Counted from the stretch's first letter, positions 19,908 through 30,646 are shown. The stretch is DNA of 64,000 nt from Candidatus Bathyarchaeia archaeon (GCA_038870975.1 JAVZJD010000001.1:992001-1056000); one strand, 5' to 3'. Notes: generated by a model not told the origin, from the letters alone. Made by a program: numbers and translations.

Positions 19908-20225
19908 ATGGCATCGGAATCTGAAAAGGAAGAGTTGAAAGCAGTCGCAGAATTCATAAAAGAACTGTCGAATGTAGTGCCAAACATGGTTAAAGGCATT
20001 TTAGAAAGCTTCTTTAGCGAAGAGGCTGGAAGGTCGATGGGGAAAGCAGTCGGCAACTTCTACAATGAGCTTGTAAAATCTGGAATTCCTCCGCAAACAG
20101 CCGTAGACATGGCTAGAGAATACTTAGAGACTCTAACAAAATGGAGCGATATTTTAAAGACCCTGCAAATCCATGCGCCGCCGAAAAGAGAAGCTAAAGA
20201 GGTAGAAGTGCTTAAAGAAGAATAG
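19908..20225 (+). CDS. Hypothetical helical protein
   Basis: GAGGTGG SD. Contains FYNELVKSGIPPQTAVDMAREY. Confidence 0.75.
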   Translation: MASESEKEELKAVAEFIKELSNVVPNMVKGILESFFSEEAGRSMGKAVGNFYNELVKSGIPPQTAVDMAREYLETLTKWSDILKTLQIHAPPKREAKEVEVLKEE

Positions 20226-20235
20226 CAATAGGTGA

Positions 20236-20490
20236 ATGTGTTTGAATTCATCCCTCTTCTTTTTTATTCTCAAACTCTTCTGGGCTTTCACAGTTATAGT
20301 TTTCAAGTTTTCATGGATTCTTCTTAAAGCTAAATGGCGGAGATGGAGAACCGTTAAAGTCTTCAGAAAACAGCTTATGAAAAGTGGAGTTCCAAGAAGA
20401 GGAGCGGTGGAAATTTCAAAAAGTTATATTTCCATAAATTTTAGAGATATCGTCCGTCTGATGCGTTCATTATCCAAGCTGCAGCAATAA
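20236..20490 (+). CDS. Hypothetical small basic protein with N-terminal hydrophobic segment
   Basis: Follows the previous gene by 10 nt with GGTGA SD, so the start is probably TTG 20242. FRKQLMKSGVP...AVEISKSY resembles the neighbouring protein. Confidence 0.6.
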   Translation: MCLNSSLFFFILKLFWAFTVIVFKFSWILLKAKWRRWRTVKVFRKQLMKSGVPRRGAVEISKSYISINFRDIVRLMRSLSKLQQ

Positions 20491-20512
20491 GCTTAAAAAT
20501 AGAGGATATTTA

Positions 20513-22312
20513 CTAAGCTCTACAAGACTTTTTGAAGGCTTTAACAGTATTCACGTAGTTTCTTACAGAATCTACTAAAGCGACCGCGAAGAGTATGATG
20601 AAGATTATGAAAACCGAAGACTGTACGTAGGCTACCGTTGTTCCCATGGGTAGAAGTTCATATACTACTTTCAAAACTCCACCATGAATGGAGGCGGAGG
20701 CAAAGACTAGTATAGGCCAAAACGTAATGAGGCCATAGAGAGGATTGTAATGTTTAAGCACGTATGATGTTGCAACAAGTAGACCTATGCATGCCATCAA
20801 TTGGTTGCACATTCCAAACATAGGCCATATCACGCTTATAGTTCCAGTGTAAAGTAGATAGGCCCATGCAAATACCATAAAGATGGTTAAAACAATCGTG
20901 CTAAGCCACCACTTATAAGCTTTTGTAGGTTTTATTCCTAAAGCGTCCTGCAAGAAATACCTTCCCATACGTGTACCATGATCCATGATTGGCATTATAA
21001 ATACGCCTATGTATACTATTGCTATTTGATACCAATACACTATGGTTGCGTCTAGGCCAAATAAGCTGGAGAGGATCTTCGCTATACCGACACTTAGAGA
21101 GGTTACACCGCCTGTTCTTCCCTGAAGATTCATACCTATTAACTCTGAAATCCTCTTCAACTCCACAGGTTCCATTCCAAGTGTGGCATAAACTTTGGGA
21201 GACGTATTAATGGCAAAATAATCTCCTGGAGCTAACATGCAAGCTAAACATAAAGCCACAACCGCTATAGCGCTCTCCAGTAGCCAGCCACCATATGCAA
21301 TAGCTCTTATATCGGTTTCTTTAGATAGAAGCCTCGGTGTTACGCTTGAACAGCAGAGACTATGCCAGCCTGATATAGCTCCACACGTAATAGTTATAAA
21401 GAGAAACGGCCAAAGTGCTCCTGAAATCACAGGCCCTCCTTTGAAGCTGTATTCTGTGACTGGAGGTATTTCCAGAGTTGGATGTGCAAGGAATATAGCT
21501 ACCACAAGCAAAATGACGAATGCAATCTTCATAAGTCCACTTAAATGGTCTCTGGGAGTTAACAGTATATGGATAGGTAGTATGGAAGCAATTGAAGAGT
21601 ATAAGGCTATTAGAATTATCAAGGCTCCTCTATCTAAGTCGAAAATCTTAAGTAGCCATGTGTGTTGAAACATTCCTGCGGTGAAAAATAAAGCCATTAG
21701 TATGGCTAGACCTATTACCGACGCTTCGAAAGTCCTCATCCTCCTGATCCACCTCGTATATACATATATGAGAATTGAAATCGGAATGGTCATCATAACG
21801 GTGAACGTAGCCCAAGGATTATGTTCAAGCGCATTTATAAGGCCCATGCCCATACCTGAGATGGCGACAATAGCCATGAAGAATGTTGCCAATGTTATGG
21901 TGATCCAACTTAACCGCCCTAACTCCTTCCGTGCGATTTCTCCAATAGACTTTCCACCATTTCTGACAGATAGGAGCATAACCATAAAGTCGTGTACTCC
22001 ACCAGCTAGACACGTAGCTATCAGTATCCATATTATGCACGGAAGCCAACCATATTGAGCGGCTAAAGTAGGTCCTAAAAGGACACCAGCGCCTGCTATC
22101 GTTGCGTAATGATAAAATAGGACTACCCATTTATTCGTAGGTACGTAGTCCCTTCCATCATTAAACTTTACAGCTGGTGTCGGGTTTCTATCGTCCAGCT
22201 TAGCAATCTTTGCGGCTAGAAACTTTGAGTAAAACTGGAAACCTAATGCAAATACAAATACAGCCAATGCCATTAGAATGGCTGAATTCAACAACATCAC
22301 TCTTGAGAACAT
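20513..22312 (-). CDS. cstA: Carbon starvation protein A family transporter
   Basis: TPA...DGRDYVPT, IAGAG.L.GP, GGVHD, PFLFITITCGAISGWHSL and IWPMFG..NQL motifs. Confidence 0.92.
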   Translation of the reverse strand: MFSRVMLLNSAILMALAVFVFALGFQFYSKFLAAKIAKLDDRNPTPAVKFNDGRDYVPTNKWVVLFYHYATIAGAGVLLGPTLAAQYGWLPCIIWILIATCLAGGVHDFMVMLLSVRNGGKSIGEIARKELGRLSWITITLATFFMAIVAISGMGMGLINALEHNPWATFTVMMTIPISILIYVYTRWIRRMRTFEASVIGLAILMALFFTAGMFQHTWLLKIFDLDRGALIILIALYSSIASILPIHILLTPRDHLSGLMKIAFVILLVVAIFLAHPTLEIPPVTEYSFKGGPVISGALWPFLFITITCGAISGWHSLCCSSVTPRLLSKETDIRAIAYGGWLLESAIAVVALCLACMLAPGDYFAINTSPKVYATLGMEPVELKRISELIGMNLQGRTGGVTSLSVGIAKILSSLFGLDATIVYWYQIAIVYIGVFIMPIMDHGTRMGRYFLQDALGIKPTKAYKWWLSTIVLTIFMVFAWAYLLYTGTISVIWPMFGMCNQLMACIGLLVATSYVLKHYNPLYGLITFWPILVFASASIHGGVLKVVYELLPMGTTVAYVQSSVFIIFIILFAVALVDSVRNYVNTVKAFKKSCRA

Positions 22313-22334
22313 ATACTTTGTAAGGTTTATTTAA

Positions 22335-22365
22335 ACATTATGTTAATATTTAATTAACATAATGT
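22335..22365. promoter_or_regulatory. Perfect 13-bp inverted repeat, putative operator upstream of cstA
   Basis: ACATTATGTTAAT-N5-ATTAACATAATGT, 22 nt before the cstA start and adjacent to a TTTAAATA box on the minus strand. Confidence 0.6.
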
Positions 22366-22451
22366 GGAGGTGTCTAGTAAATATTAAGGGGTTTATTTTT
22401 ATATGTAGTAATTAAAAAATTTGGCGTAGAATAGTTTCGTTCTTTACATTC

Positions 22452-23240
22452 TTAGCGTGTTATACTGTTGAAGATCTGCATGCTTTCCTCTTGTGCCTCT
22501 GTAATGAGTTTTAAGCCGTCATTGAACTTGCCGACTTTTAATAAAGCTTCCCCCGTTTCAAGCTTTCTTCTAGATTCGGCTGCTAACTCTGATCTCCCTC
22601 GTCGTACTACCCCCTCTATAGCCTCTCTAGTGAGGTAGATTATTTCATCAGCCATCCCATACTTCATGTAGGGTAGAGACTCATAGTAAGCTATTCTCTC
22701 AGCCAAATCTGAGAAAGGTTGAGGCTTTAACTTTGCCAGCCATCTGCCTCTGACTCTAGCTTCGACGAGTGCAACATCTAAGTTGTACCGTGTTACAGGT
22801 AGTGGGTTTATTGGACGGAAGCCTAAGATTATAAGCCATCTACAGATGTCCTGTAAAGCTAATATGCATCCTTTACCCGTACCGCCAGCTACAGCCACGG
22901 CTAAAGCTGGCTTTCCAGATTCTCCATAGTATCTCATTCTATCCATAAAGTCTTTAGCTAAACCGTTAACTGATAGAAAGTAGACTGGTGCTATAAAAGC
23001 TAGGGCATCATTATCGTTAAGCTTTCTCCTAAGCTCAAGAGTATCGTCTCTCACTCTACACGCCATCTTCTGCCAGCAAGGAGGTTGTTCACATGCAAGG
23101 CATGGACCAATACGCTTCTCAGCCAAGGTTATAAGCTCAACTTCACTATCAACCTCTTTAACACCCTCAGCAACTTCTCTAGCGAGCTTCATGCAAAGCC
23201 CATCTCTATGTGGGGAACCTGATACTATTAAGACCCTCAT
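22452..23240 (-). CDS. Flavodoxin-like / iron-sulfur flavoprotein family protein with C-terminal helical extension
   Basis: SGSP...G FMN loop, CLAC....C.....C...DD and APVYF....AK.FMDR. Confidence 0.82.
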   Translation of the reverse strand: MRVLIVSGSPHRDGLCMKLAREVAEGVKEVDSEVELITLAEKRIGPCLACEQPPCWQKMACRVRDDTLELRRKLNDNDALAFIAPVYFLSVNGLAKDFMDRMRYYGESGKPALAVAVAGGTGKGCILALQDICRWLIILGFRPINPLPVTRYNLDVALVEARVRGRWLAKLKPQPFSDLAERIAYYESLPYMKYGMADEIIYLTREAIEGVVRRGRSELAAESRRKLETGEALLKVGKFNDGLKLITEAQEESMQIFNSITR

Positions 23241-23316
23241 CCATAAACACCTCTACAAAATAGTACCAATTAGTATTAAAGACTTAAATTCAACTTGAAC
23301 GCCGTGTTGATCTTGA

Positions 23317-25137
23317 TTGGTCTACTGGTGTCTAGACTGCAACGTTCCCCTCATAGCTGAAAATTGCTCATCGTGTAGAAGTAGAGGAGTAGAAGTTAGG
23401 CTTTTCCGTCCTGAAGATCCTAGACCTGCTTTAAACCACGACTTAAATGTTCTTAGAGATGCTGTAGAATCTGAGTTTGGAGTAGGAGCTTTCAGGAAAA
23501 TACTGTGTGGTGGTGTTATTCTTCTAAATAGGGTTCCTTACGCCGATGTGGGATATGAAGTTGTTGGAGACGGTTATATTCTGGGGGATCTATTCTACGA
23601 TATTAGTCTTCTTAAATGGAGGTTTAAACCCGTTAAAGTTGGTTGCCTAAAGCTTGTTGAAAGTGGATGCATGGAATCTGTTAGAGTTGATGGCGAGCTT
23701 ATTAAGGGTCGAGAGATTCATTCAAAGGTCGTAGACCGTGGATATGTAGCCATTAAAGATCAAAATGGAGAAGTCGTAGGGGTTTCTGAACAGATGGGAA
23801 ATCGTTTAAAAATTTTAAACTTGTGGAAGCCACTTGGAGGTGTTGAAAATAGGAGGAGAAGCAGTCTTCTAGACGCTTTAAAAGCGAATGAGGATGCTCT
23901 TTTCTCAGTAGAGTCTAAGGGGGCAGCTTCTCTATATAAGAGATGTAAGAGATTTGAATGGGATGTCGCTCTATCTTTCTCAGGTGGTAAAGACAGTCTT
24001 GTAAGTTTGAATTTAGCTCTCGAAGCAAATTTAGAGCCTGTAATAGTTTTCACAGATACGGGTGTTGAACTACCGGAGACTGTTTTAAACGTTTACGATG
24101 TTTCCTCAAAGTTCGGACTTAAATCGTTTGAAGCGGAAGCCAGAGATGCGTTTTGGAAGGGGTTTGAACTTTACGGTCCACCTGCCAGAGGATATAGGTG
24201 GTGTTGTAAAACCTGTAAGTTAATACCAACAGTTAAACTATATAAGAACGTGTTTAAAGGAAGGGTTTTAACGATTGTTGGACAGAGGGCTGCAGAGTCT
24301 AGAGCTAGACGTAAGAGAGGGGACATATGGGTAAACTACTGGATACCTAACTGTTTGAATATGACGCCGATCAACGACTGGACTATGTTACACGTTTGGC
24401 TGTACATATTCTACAAAAAGCTTGAAAGTCTTGTAAACCCGCTATACTTTAAAGGATTAGATAGAATTGGATGCTACACTTGCCCCTACTGTAATCTAGC
24501 AGAGTTTCAAGATGTTAAACGTCTACATCCTGAACTATGGGCTCGATTAAATGAGAAGATTGAAGAATGGGCTTTTAAAAACGGTTTTAACGATGACTAT
24601 GTGAGGTTTGCATTATGGAGATGGAGGAAGACTCCGAGGAGGATCGAGAAATTAACGGGTTTATCGTTTAAAGATGTCACTCGTACTTCTCTTAAAATTG
24701 AACTAGTTGAAGTCGATAAAGACGTTTTAACCCTTAAGCTCAATAGCTCAATAATCCTTGATAAAATCTTAACACTTTCACCGACTATTGGAGGACTTGA
24801 GAAAACTTCAGAAAATGTGTTGGAGAGAAAAGAGGGAGGTGTCTTAGTACGCCTGTATTCTAATGGTGTAGTAGAAGCTCACGGTGTTGAATACTTCAAC
24901 CTCAGACCTCTAATTAAGGTGTTAAGTCTTGTGTCGAGGTCTACATTATGCTGTAGATGCGGCTCATGCGTCTACTGGTGTAGGAAAGAAGCCGTAAAAT
25001 TGGTTTACGACCATATAAGCGTAGATGCTTCGCGTTGTGATGGCTGTGGACTATGCACAGATAAGTGTCCCTCTGCCGTCTACTTTATAGAGGAAAATCT
25101 CCAGGTACTAGTTAAAGCCGTCTATAGGAAAAATTGA
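23317..25137 (+). CDS. Archaeal PAPS-reductase-family protein with N-terminal Zn ribbon and C-terminal 2x[4Fe-4S] domain
   Basis: YWC..CNVP...C..C, SGGKDS PP-loop, RWCCKTCK, RIGCYTCP and C-terminal C..CG.C...C motifs. Confidence 0.85.
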   Translation: MVYWCLDCNVPLIAENCSSCRSRGVEVRLFRPEDPRPALNHDLNVLRDAVESEFGVGAFRKILCGGVILLNRVPYADVGYEVVGDGYILGDLFYDISLLKWRFKPVKVGCLKLVESGCMESVRVDGELIKGREIHSKVVDRGYVAIKDQNGEVVGVSEQMGNRLKILNLWKPLGGVENRRRSSLLDALKANEDALFSVESKGAASLYKRCKRFEWDVALSFSGGKDSLVSLNLALEANLEPVIVFTDTGVELPETVLNVYDVSSKFGLKSFEAEARDAFWKGFELYGPPARGYRWCCKTCKLIPTVKLYKNVFKGRVLTIVGQRAAESRARRKRGDIWVNYWIPNCLNMTPINDWTMLHVWLYIFYKKLESLVNPLYFKGLDRIGCYTCPYCNLAEFQDVKRLHPELWARLNEKIEEWAFKNGFNDDYVRFALWRWRKTPRRIEKLTGLSFKDVTRTSLKIELVEVDKDVLTLKLNSSIILDKILTLSPTIGGLEKTSENVLERKEGGVLVRLYSNGVVEAHGVEYFNLRPLIKVLSLVSRSTLCCRCGSCVYWCRKEAVKLVYDHISVDASRCDGCGLCTDKCPSAVYFIEENLQVLVKAVYRKN

Positions 25138-25216
25138 ACCCTATGGGAATCTTTAAAACTTTTAAGTGAGGAGTAGCCTAGTAAACTACGTTCAAAATCT
25201 AAGGAGATGATATTTA

Positions 25217-25771
25217 ATGTGGGAAATCTTTTGGCTTGGCAGAGCTGGTCAAGGAGTCATAACCGCTAGTCATATTCTATCTGCGGCTGCCATCCTAGAG
25301 GGGAAACATGTCCAGGCATTCCCACAATTTGGCGCTGAGAGACTCGGCGCACCCGTGAGAGGATACACTAGGATAAGCGATGAACCCATAGAAATACACA
25401 GTTCCATATCCAAGCCTGATGTTGCCGTCATAATGGACACAAATCTTTTAAGAGACTTAGTTAGGAATGGAAGCTTACCAGACGCTAAGATTCTAGTGAT
25501 TAACAACAGTGGAGACGAACAACTCGCGAAGCAGGTTCGAAGCCTGAAATCTAACGTGTGGGCTGTTAACGCCACTGGGATATCTATGAGTATATTTGGT
25601 AGAGTTGTGGTTAATACCCCTATGGTGGGTGCCTTGGTTAAAGTCGCGCCAATTGTTTCTCTCAAAGCCGTTGAAGAAGCTGTTGTAGAGAGGTTTAAAG
25701 AGGTTCTTGGCGCGAGAAACGTTGAAGCAGTACGTAGAGCATATGAATCTGTGGAGGAGGTTAAACCATGA
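25217..25771 (+). CDS. porG: Pyruvate/2-oxoacid:ferredoxin oxidoreductase gamma subunit
   Basis: GRAGQG, FP.FGAER.GAPV and NTPMVGA. Confidence 0.92.
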   Translation: MWEIFWLGRAGQGVITASHILSAAAILEGKHVQAFPQFGAERLGAPVRGYTRISDEPIEIHSSISKPDVAVIMDTNLLRDLVRNGSLPDAKILVINNSGDEQLAKQVRSLKSNVWAVNATGISMSIFGRVVVNTPMVGALVKVAPIVSLKAVEEAVVERFKEVLGARNVEAVRRAYESVEEVKP

Positions 25772-26034
25772 GTAAATACGACGTAATAATGGGCGCGGTT
25801 ATACCTAAACCTAGAAGCTCTATCGAAAATAAAACCGGCGGATGGAGAACCAAAAGGCCGGTTATCGACGTAGAGAAGTGTGTAAACTGTCTAATATGTT
25901 GGATCTACTGCCCGGATGCAAGCATAATCAGGCTTGAAAAGTACGTTGCGGTAAACTACGACTACTGTAAGGGATGCGGTATATGTGCTGAAGAATGTCC
26001 TAGGAAAGCCATAACGATGGTAGAGGAGGTTTGA
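25768..26034 (+). CDS. porD: Pyruvate/2-oxoacid:ferredoxin oxidoreductase delta subunit
   Basis: TGGWRT.RP, C..C..CWIYCPD and YDYCKGCGICAEECP. Confidence 0.93.
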   Translation: MSKYDVIMGAVIPKPRSSIENKTGGWRTKRPVIDVEKCVNCLICWIYCPDASIIRLEKYVAVNYDYCKGCGICAEECPRKAITMVEEV

Positions 26035-26037
26035 CAA

Positions 26038-27219
26038 ATGGGTAGACGTATGGGTTTAACGGGGAATGAGGCTATAGCGTACGCTGTTAAACAGTGCGAC
26101 GTAGGGCTCGTATCAGCCTATCCGATAACGCCCCAGACTATAATAGTTGAAAGGATAAGCGACTACATTGCCAACGGGGAGATAGATACAGAGTTTGTAT
26201 GCGTAGAGTCTGAGCATTCAGCACTTTCAGTATGCATCGGTGCCAGTTTAACTGGTTTAAGAGTATTCACTGCCACGGCCAGCCAAGGCTTAGCTTTGAT
26301 GCACGAAGTCCTCTACGCGGCCTCTGGGTTGAGATGCCCAATAGTTATGGCTGTGGCTAATAGAGCTCTATCTGCACCGTTAAATATACACTGCGACCAC
26401 TCAGATATGATGGGGTCTAGAGACTGCGGTTGGATTCAAATATTTGCAGAGAACGTTCAAGAAGCTTATGATTGGACTATTCAATCGTTTAAGATAGCTG
26501 AGCACCCCAATGTTCAGCTTCCTGTAGCCGTTAACATAGATGGATTCACCTTGACTCACTGTTTAGAAGACATAGATGTCTTAGAGAAGGAGACCATTGA
26601 AAAGTTTCTACCCCCTAGGAAACCCATATACCGAATAGACCCTGAGAATCCCATGACCTTCGGAGCGTGGACTATGCCTGAGTATTACTATAAGTTTAAA
26701 CTCCAACAGCAGGAAGCTATGGAGAATAGTATTAAAGTGATTAAACAGGTAACAGATGAATACGGTGAACTCACGGGTAGAAAATACGGAGTAATCCAAA
26801 GCTACGGCTTGGAAGATTCGAAAGTAGCTATTATGGCCCTTGGGAGTACATGTGGAACATTAAGACACGTCGCCAAGTCTCTAAGGAAGACCGATGGTCT
26901 TAAAGTAGGGGTTATAAAGCTTTGGCTATATAGGCCTATACCTGAAGACGACCTTCTATCGATATTTGACAACTTAAAGGCTTTAATAGTCTTGGATAGA
27001 GCATTAAGCCCTGGAGCCGTCTTCGGGCCTCTCGGAAGCGACATTGCTTCAATAATCGTTAAACGGGATTTAGACCTTAAGCTTCTAAACTACACCTATG
27101 GTCTTGGTGGAGACGAGGTCTCCCTAGAACTTGCTGAAAGGCTTCTTAAATTAGCTATGAAAATATCGGAAGGCGTTAAACCTCCGAGTTTAACTGGATA
27201 TTTAAAGGAGGTGGTGTGA
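26038..27219 (+). CDS. porA: Pyruvate/2-oxoacid:ferredoxin oxidoreductase alpha subunit
   Basis: AYPITPQT, VESEHSA, TATASQGL and NRALSAPLNI. Confidence 0.93.
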   Translation: MGRRMGLTGNEAIAYAVKQCDVGLVSAYPITPQTIIVERISDYIANGEIDTEFVCVESEHSALSVCIGASLTGLRVFTATASQGLALMHEVLYAASGLRCPIVMAVANRALSAPLNIHCDHSDMMGSRDCGWIQIFAENVQEAYDWTIQSFKIAEHPNVQLPVAVNIDGFTLTHCLEDIDVLEKETIEKFLPPRKPIYRIDPENPMTFGAWTMPEYYYKFKLQQQEAMENSIKVIKQVTDEYGELTGRKYGVIQSYGLEDSKVAIMALGSTCGTLRHVAKSLRKTDGLKVGVIKLWLYRPIPEDDLLSIFDNLKALIVLDRALSPGAVFGPLGSDIASIIVKRDLDLKLLNYTYGLGGDEVSLELAERLLKLAMKISEGVKPPSLTGYLKEVV

Positions 27220-28145
27220 AAATGGTTACAATAAAAGAAGTTCCGTTAGAAGAGTATTGGGGTCCTGGGCACAGCGCGTGTGCTGGATGTGGTCCATCAA
27301 TAACCATTAGGCTAATACTGAAAGCTCTAAGAGGGCCGACTGTGGTTGTTACACCGACTGGCTGTATGGAGATTGTATCAAGCTCCTATCCGCAGACTGC
27401 TTGGGGTGTACCCTGGGTTCACGTGCTTTTCGAAAATGCTGCCGCTGTAGCCTCGGGAATAGAGGGAGCGTATAAATACATGGCTAAAAAGGGCCTTCTC
27501 GATAAAAAAGTTGACGTTGTCGTAATAGGTGGTGATGGGGGGACTTTTGACATAGGTATACAGGCTCTTTCTGGCGCTTTAGAGAGGTGGCATAAGTTTA
27601 CATACATATGTTATGACAATGAGGCCTACATGAATACTGGGATTCAAAGGTCTGGTGCAACGCCTAAGGGCGCGGCTACGACCACCAGTCCAGCAGGGGA
27701 AGTGGTACCGGGTAAGCTAGAGTATAAGAAGAACCTAATAGAGATAGCTGTCGCACATCGCATACCATACGCCGCTACTGGTACAATAGCCTATTGGAGC
27801 GACTTGATGGAGAAAGTACGTAAATCCTTAGAAGCAGACGGACCTGCTGTTCTACACTTTTTAGCACCATGCCCACTGGGTTGGAGGTTCGACCCATCCC
27901 AGACTGTTAAATTGTCTAGGCTTGCTGTTCAAACTAGATACTTCCCAATATACGAAGTTGAGAATGGAGCCTACAAGTTGAATGTTAAAGTCTTAAAACC
28001 TCTGCCAGTTGAAGAGTTTCTAAAGCCTCAAGGTAGGTTCAGACACTTATTCACTCCGAAGTTTAAATACGTTATAGAGGATATTCAAAAAAATGTAGAT
28101 GAAAACTGGAAGAAGCTTCTAGAAAAATGTGGCGTGAGAGAATAG
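27216..28145 (+). CDS. porB: Pyruvate/2-oxoacid:ferredoxin oxidoreductase beta subunit
   Basis: GH.ACAGC, TGC, GGDGG TPP motif, DNEAYMNTGIQRS and PCP.GW. Confidence 0.93.
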   Translation: MKMVTIKEVPLEEYWGPGHSACAGCGPSITIRLILKALRGPTVVVTPTGCMEIVSSSYPQTAWGVPWVHVLFENAAAVASGIEGAYKYMAKKGLLDKKVDVVVIGGDGGTFDIGIQALSGALERWHKFTYICYDNEAYMNTGIQRSGATPKGAATTTSPAGEVVPGKLEYKKNLIEIAVAHRIPYAATGTIAYWSDLMEKVRKSLEADGPAVLHFLAPCPLGWRFDPSQTVKLSRLAVQTRYFPIYEVENGAYKLNVKVLKPLPVEEFLKPQGRFRHLFTPKFKYVIEDIQKNVDENWKKLLEKCGVRE

Positions 28146-28154
28146 ATGTTGGAT

Positions 28155-29822
28155 TTAATCTGAAGTCTCTTCTTCTTTTTCTTTTTCTCCTGGAGTCTTT
28201 GGCGGCTTCTCTTCTTTAATTTTGCCAGCAGCTATAACGTCGTCTATTCTAAGTATACTTGTTGCTGCTTCAACTGCAGACTTTATAATCTGCTCTTTAA
28301 CTGCTAGAGGCTCTAAGACTTCAAGGTTATACATGTCTGCAGTCTTCCCACTTAAAACATCTATGCCATACCATATTTTGCCTTTCTCATGGCTAGCTCT
28401 AAGCTCCGCAATAGCGTCAATAGGCTCTAAGCCTGCGTTTTCAGATAAGACTGACGGTATTACCTCTAAGGCTTCAGCGAACTTGAGAACGGCAAGCTGC
28501 TCTTTACCTGATAGGCTTTCAGCCCATCTTCGTATTCTAAGGCTTAGCTCAAGCTCTGGAGCACCACCACCAGCTACTATTGCAGGATTCTGTACGACGT
28601 CTTTAACAACGCAGAGAGCATCGTGAATACTTCTCTCAGCTTCCTCAACGACTTTATCAGCTCCACCCCTTATCAGAATAGTGACGCTCCTAGGATTCTT
28701 ACAACCTTCTATGAAGACCCACTTATCCTCTCCCACTTTACGCTCTTCAACTAGTGTCGCATATCCGAGGTCTTCAGGCTTCAAATCCTCAATGTCTGTG
28801 ACTATTCTAGCTCCAGTAGCTCTTGACAGCTTCCTCATATCTGACTCTTTAACTCTTCTAACAGCTAATATACCTCTCTTAGCTAAGAAGTGCTGAGCCA
28901 TATCGTCTATACCTTTCTGACATACTACAACGTTGGCACCAGTATCGGCTATCTTATCAACCATATTCTTAAGCATCTTAGTTTCCTGCTCTAAGAATGC
29001 TCTTATCTGGTCTGGCCTCTCTATCTGGATTTTCGCATCTATCTCTGTCTTCTCTATCTCAAGAGGGCAGTTTAAAAGGGCTATCTTAGCCTCTTTAACG
29101 GTCTTAGGCATGCCGGGGTGGACAACCTCCTTATCTAGAACTATGCCCTGAATAAGCTTTGTAGCTGTTATATCTTCACCAGCTTTCTTCTCAACTTTCA
29201 CATCGTCTAAGTCAACTCTATAGCCTTCTTCAAACTTCTCAGCCACTTGGAGGATTGCATCTACTACGAGGTTGGCGAGAAACTCCTTGTTTTCAGCTAT
29301 AGCCTTCGTACCCAGAGAAGTCATAGCTACTTTCTTTAAAACCTCCTTATCCTCGGGTTCCACCTTAATGGCGATTTCCCTTAAAATTTCAAGGGCTTTG
29401 CTAGCGGCAGCCTCATAGCCTTCAGTTATAACACTTGGATGAATGTTTAAATCCAGTAAATCTTGAGCTTTCGAGAGGAGTTCACCCGTAAGAACTACCA
29501 CCGAAGTCGTTCCATCACCAACTTCGTTGTCTGTAGCTTTAGCTATTTCAACCATCATTTTAGCCACAGGGTGTTGCACATCCATCTCCTTAAGAATAGT
29601 AGCTCCATCGTTTGTTATGGTGACATCGCCTAAGCTATCCACAATCATTTTATCCATGCCCTTAGGACCGAGAGAAGTTTTAATCATTTCAGCTACAGTT
29701 CTGGCGGCCATTATGTTGGTCGATAGAGCCTCTCTACCTCTTGTTCTAGTCGTCCCCTCTTTAAGAATCAATACTGGTTGACCGCTTTCAGTAACAACCG
29801 GTATCGCTTCCATAGCCGTCAT
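28155..29822 (-). CDS. ths: Thermosome (group II chaperonin) subunit
   Basis: [22 protein letters not shown] and ILRIDDVI. Confidence 0.97.
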   Translation of the reverse strand: MTAMEAIPVVTESGQPVLILKEGTTRTRGREALSTNIMAARTVAEMIKTSLGPKGMDKMIVDSLGDVTITNDGATILKEMDVQHPVAKMMVEIAKATDNEVGDGTTSVVVLTGELLSKAQDLLDLNIHPSVITEGYEAAASKALEILREIAIKVEPEDKEVLKKVAMTSLGTKAIAENKEFLANLVVDAILQVAEKFEEGYRVDLDDVKVEKKAGEDITATKLIQGIVLDKEVVHPGMPKTVKEAKIALLNCPLEIEKTEIDAKIQIERPDQIRAFLEQETKMLKNMVDKIADTGANVVVCQKGIDDMAQHFLAKRGILAVRRVKESDMRKLSRATGARIVTDIEDLKPEDLGYATLVEERKVGEDKWVFIEGCKNPRSVTILIRGGADKVVEEAERSIHDALCVVKDVVQNPAIVAGGGAPELELSLRIRRWAESLSGKEQLAVLKFAEALEVIPSVLSENAGLEPIDAIAELRASHEKGKIWYGIDVLSGKTADMYNLEVLEPLAVKEQIIKSAVEAATSILRIDDVIAAGKIKEEKPPKTPGEKEKEEETSD

Positions 29823-30061
29823 AATATCATCACCTAAAAACTTCAGTGAAGAAAAGAGAAATATAAAGATTTATCCAAAAAGACCCGCATTTCACAGTGA
29901 AATACCCGAAATAATTCTCAATTTTCCCAGTATGCGGTTAAACAGCTTAAAAATCGTTAGAAGCAACTATCTAATGGATAAGCTCTACACACGCCAACTA
30001 GAGTATATTGTTAAATGGACTCTACTTGCTGGCGACTCTAACTACAGGAGGGGATGGCGTT

Positions 30062-30646
30062 TCATTTTTTCTCGAGTTTAGACTCTGTTTTCGCAGGAAC
30101 TGTTTTAGACTTTGAGAGTCTGAATGTCTGTCTATCCCTCTCAACTTCTATCCTAAGGGGTACGTTCCTAATAGTTGTTGAAAGCTTTTTAACAGTTTCA
30201 AAGTCTATGGGAGCCTTTCTACCAGCGTAAGAGACTACAACTTTAACTTCAGTAGTTCCATCTGGAAGCCATATCCTGTTGATAGTTCTTATGCTTGCAG
30301 GTGCAAATAACTCTTCTAAGAATTCTCTGAGGCTACTTCTATAGCTTAAAACTCTAACCTTCTTTCCGAATATTTCTCCAAGCTCCTTAATGGCTCTACC
30401 GCCTTTAGAAATAAGCTTTGCTACGTCCTTCTGCTCAACTAAGACGGCTAGAACGTCGTCAACTATGTAAGCTTTATAAAAAGTAACATCTTGAAGCAAT
30501 TGGCGATGTTGAGTTTCAAGTTTCAGGAGAGCTTTCGCCACCTCTATATCCAGCTCTGAAATAATGCCTGTTTTAAGTTTCTCCTCACAGCTTGAGCACA
30601 ATATCCCAGTTTTTAAGTCGAAGAGGCATACCGGTGTCTTAACCAC
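30062..30646 (-). CDS. Archaeal NusA-like KH-domain protein
   Basis: N-terminal P.C..D.KTG.LC..C, KH motif LI.KGG and INRIWLPDG. Confidence 0.8.
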   Translation of the reverse strand: MVKTPVCLFDLKTGILCSSCEEKLKTGIISELDIEVAKALLKLETQHRQLLQDVTFYKAYIVDDVLAVLVEQKDVAKLISKGGRAIKELGEIFGKKVRVLSYRSSLREFLEELFAPASIRTINRIWLPDGTTEVKVVVSYAGRKAPIDFETVKKLSTTIRNVPLRIEVERDRQTFRLSKSKTVPAKTESKLEKK

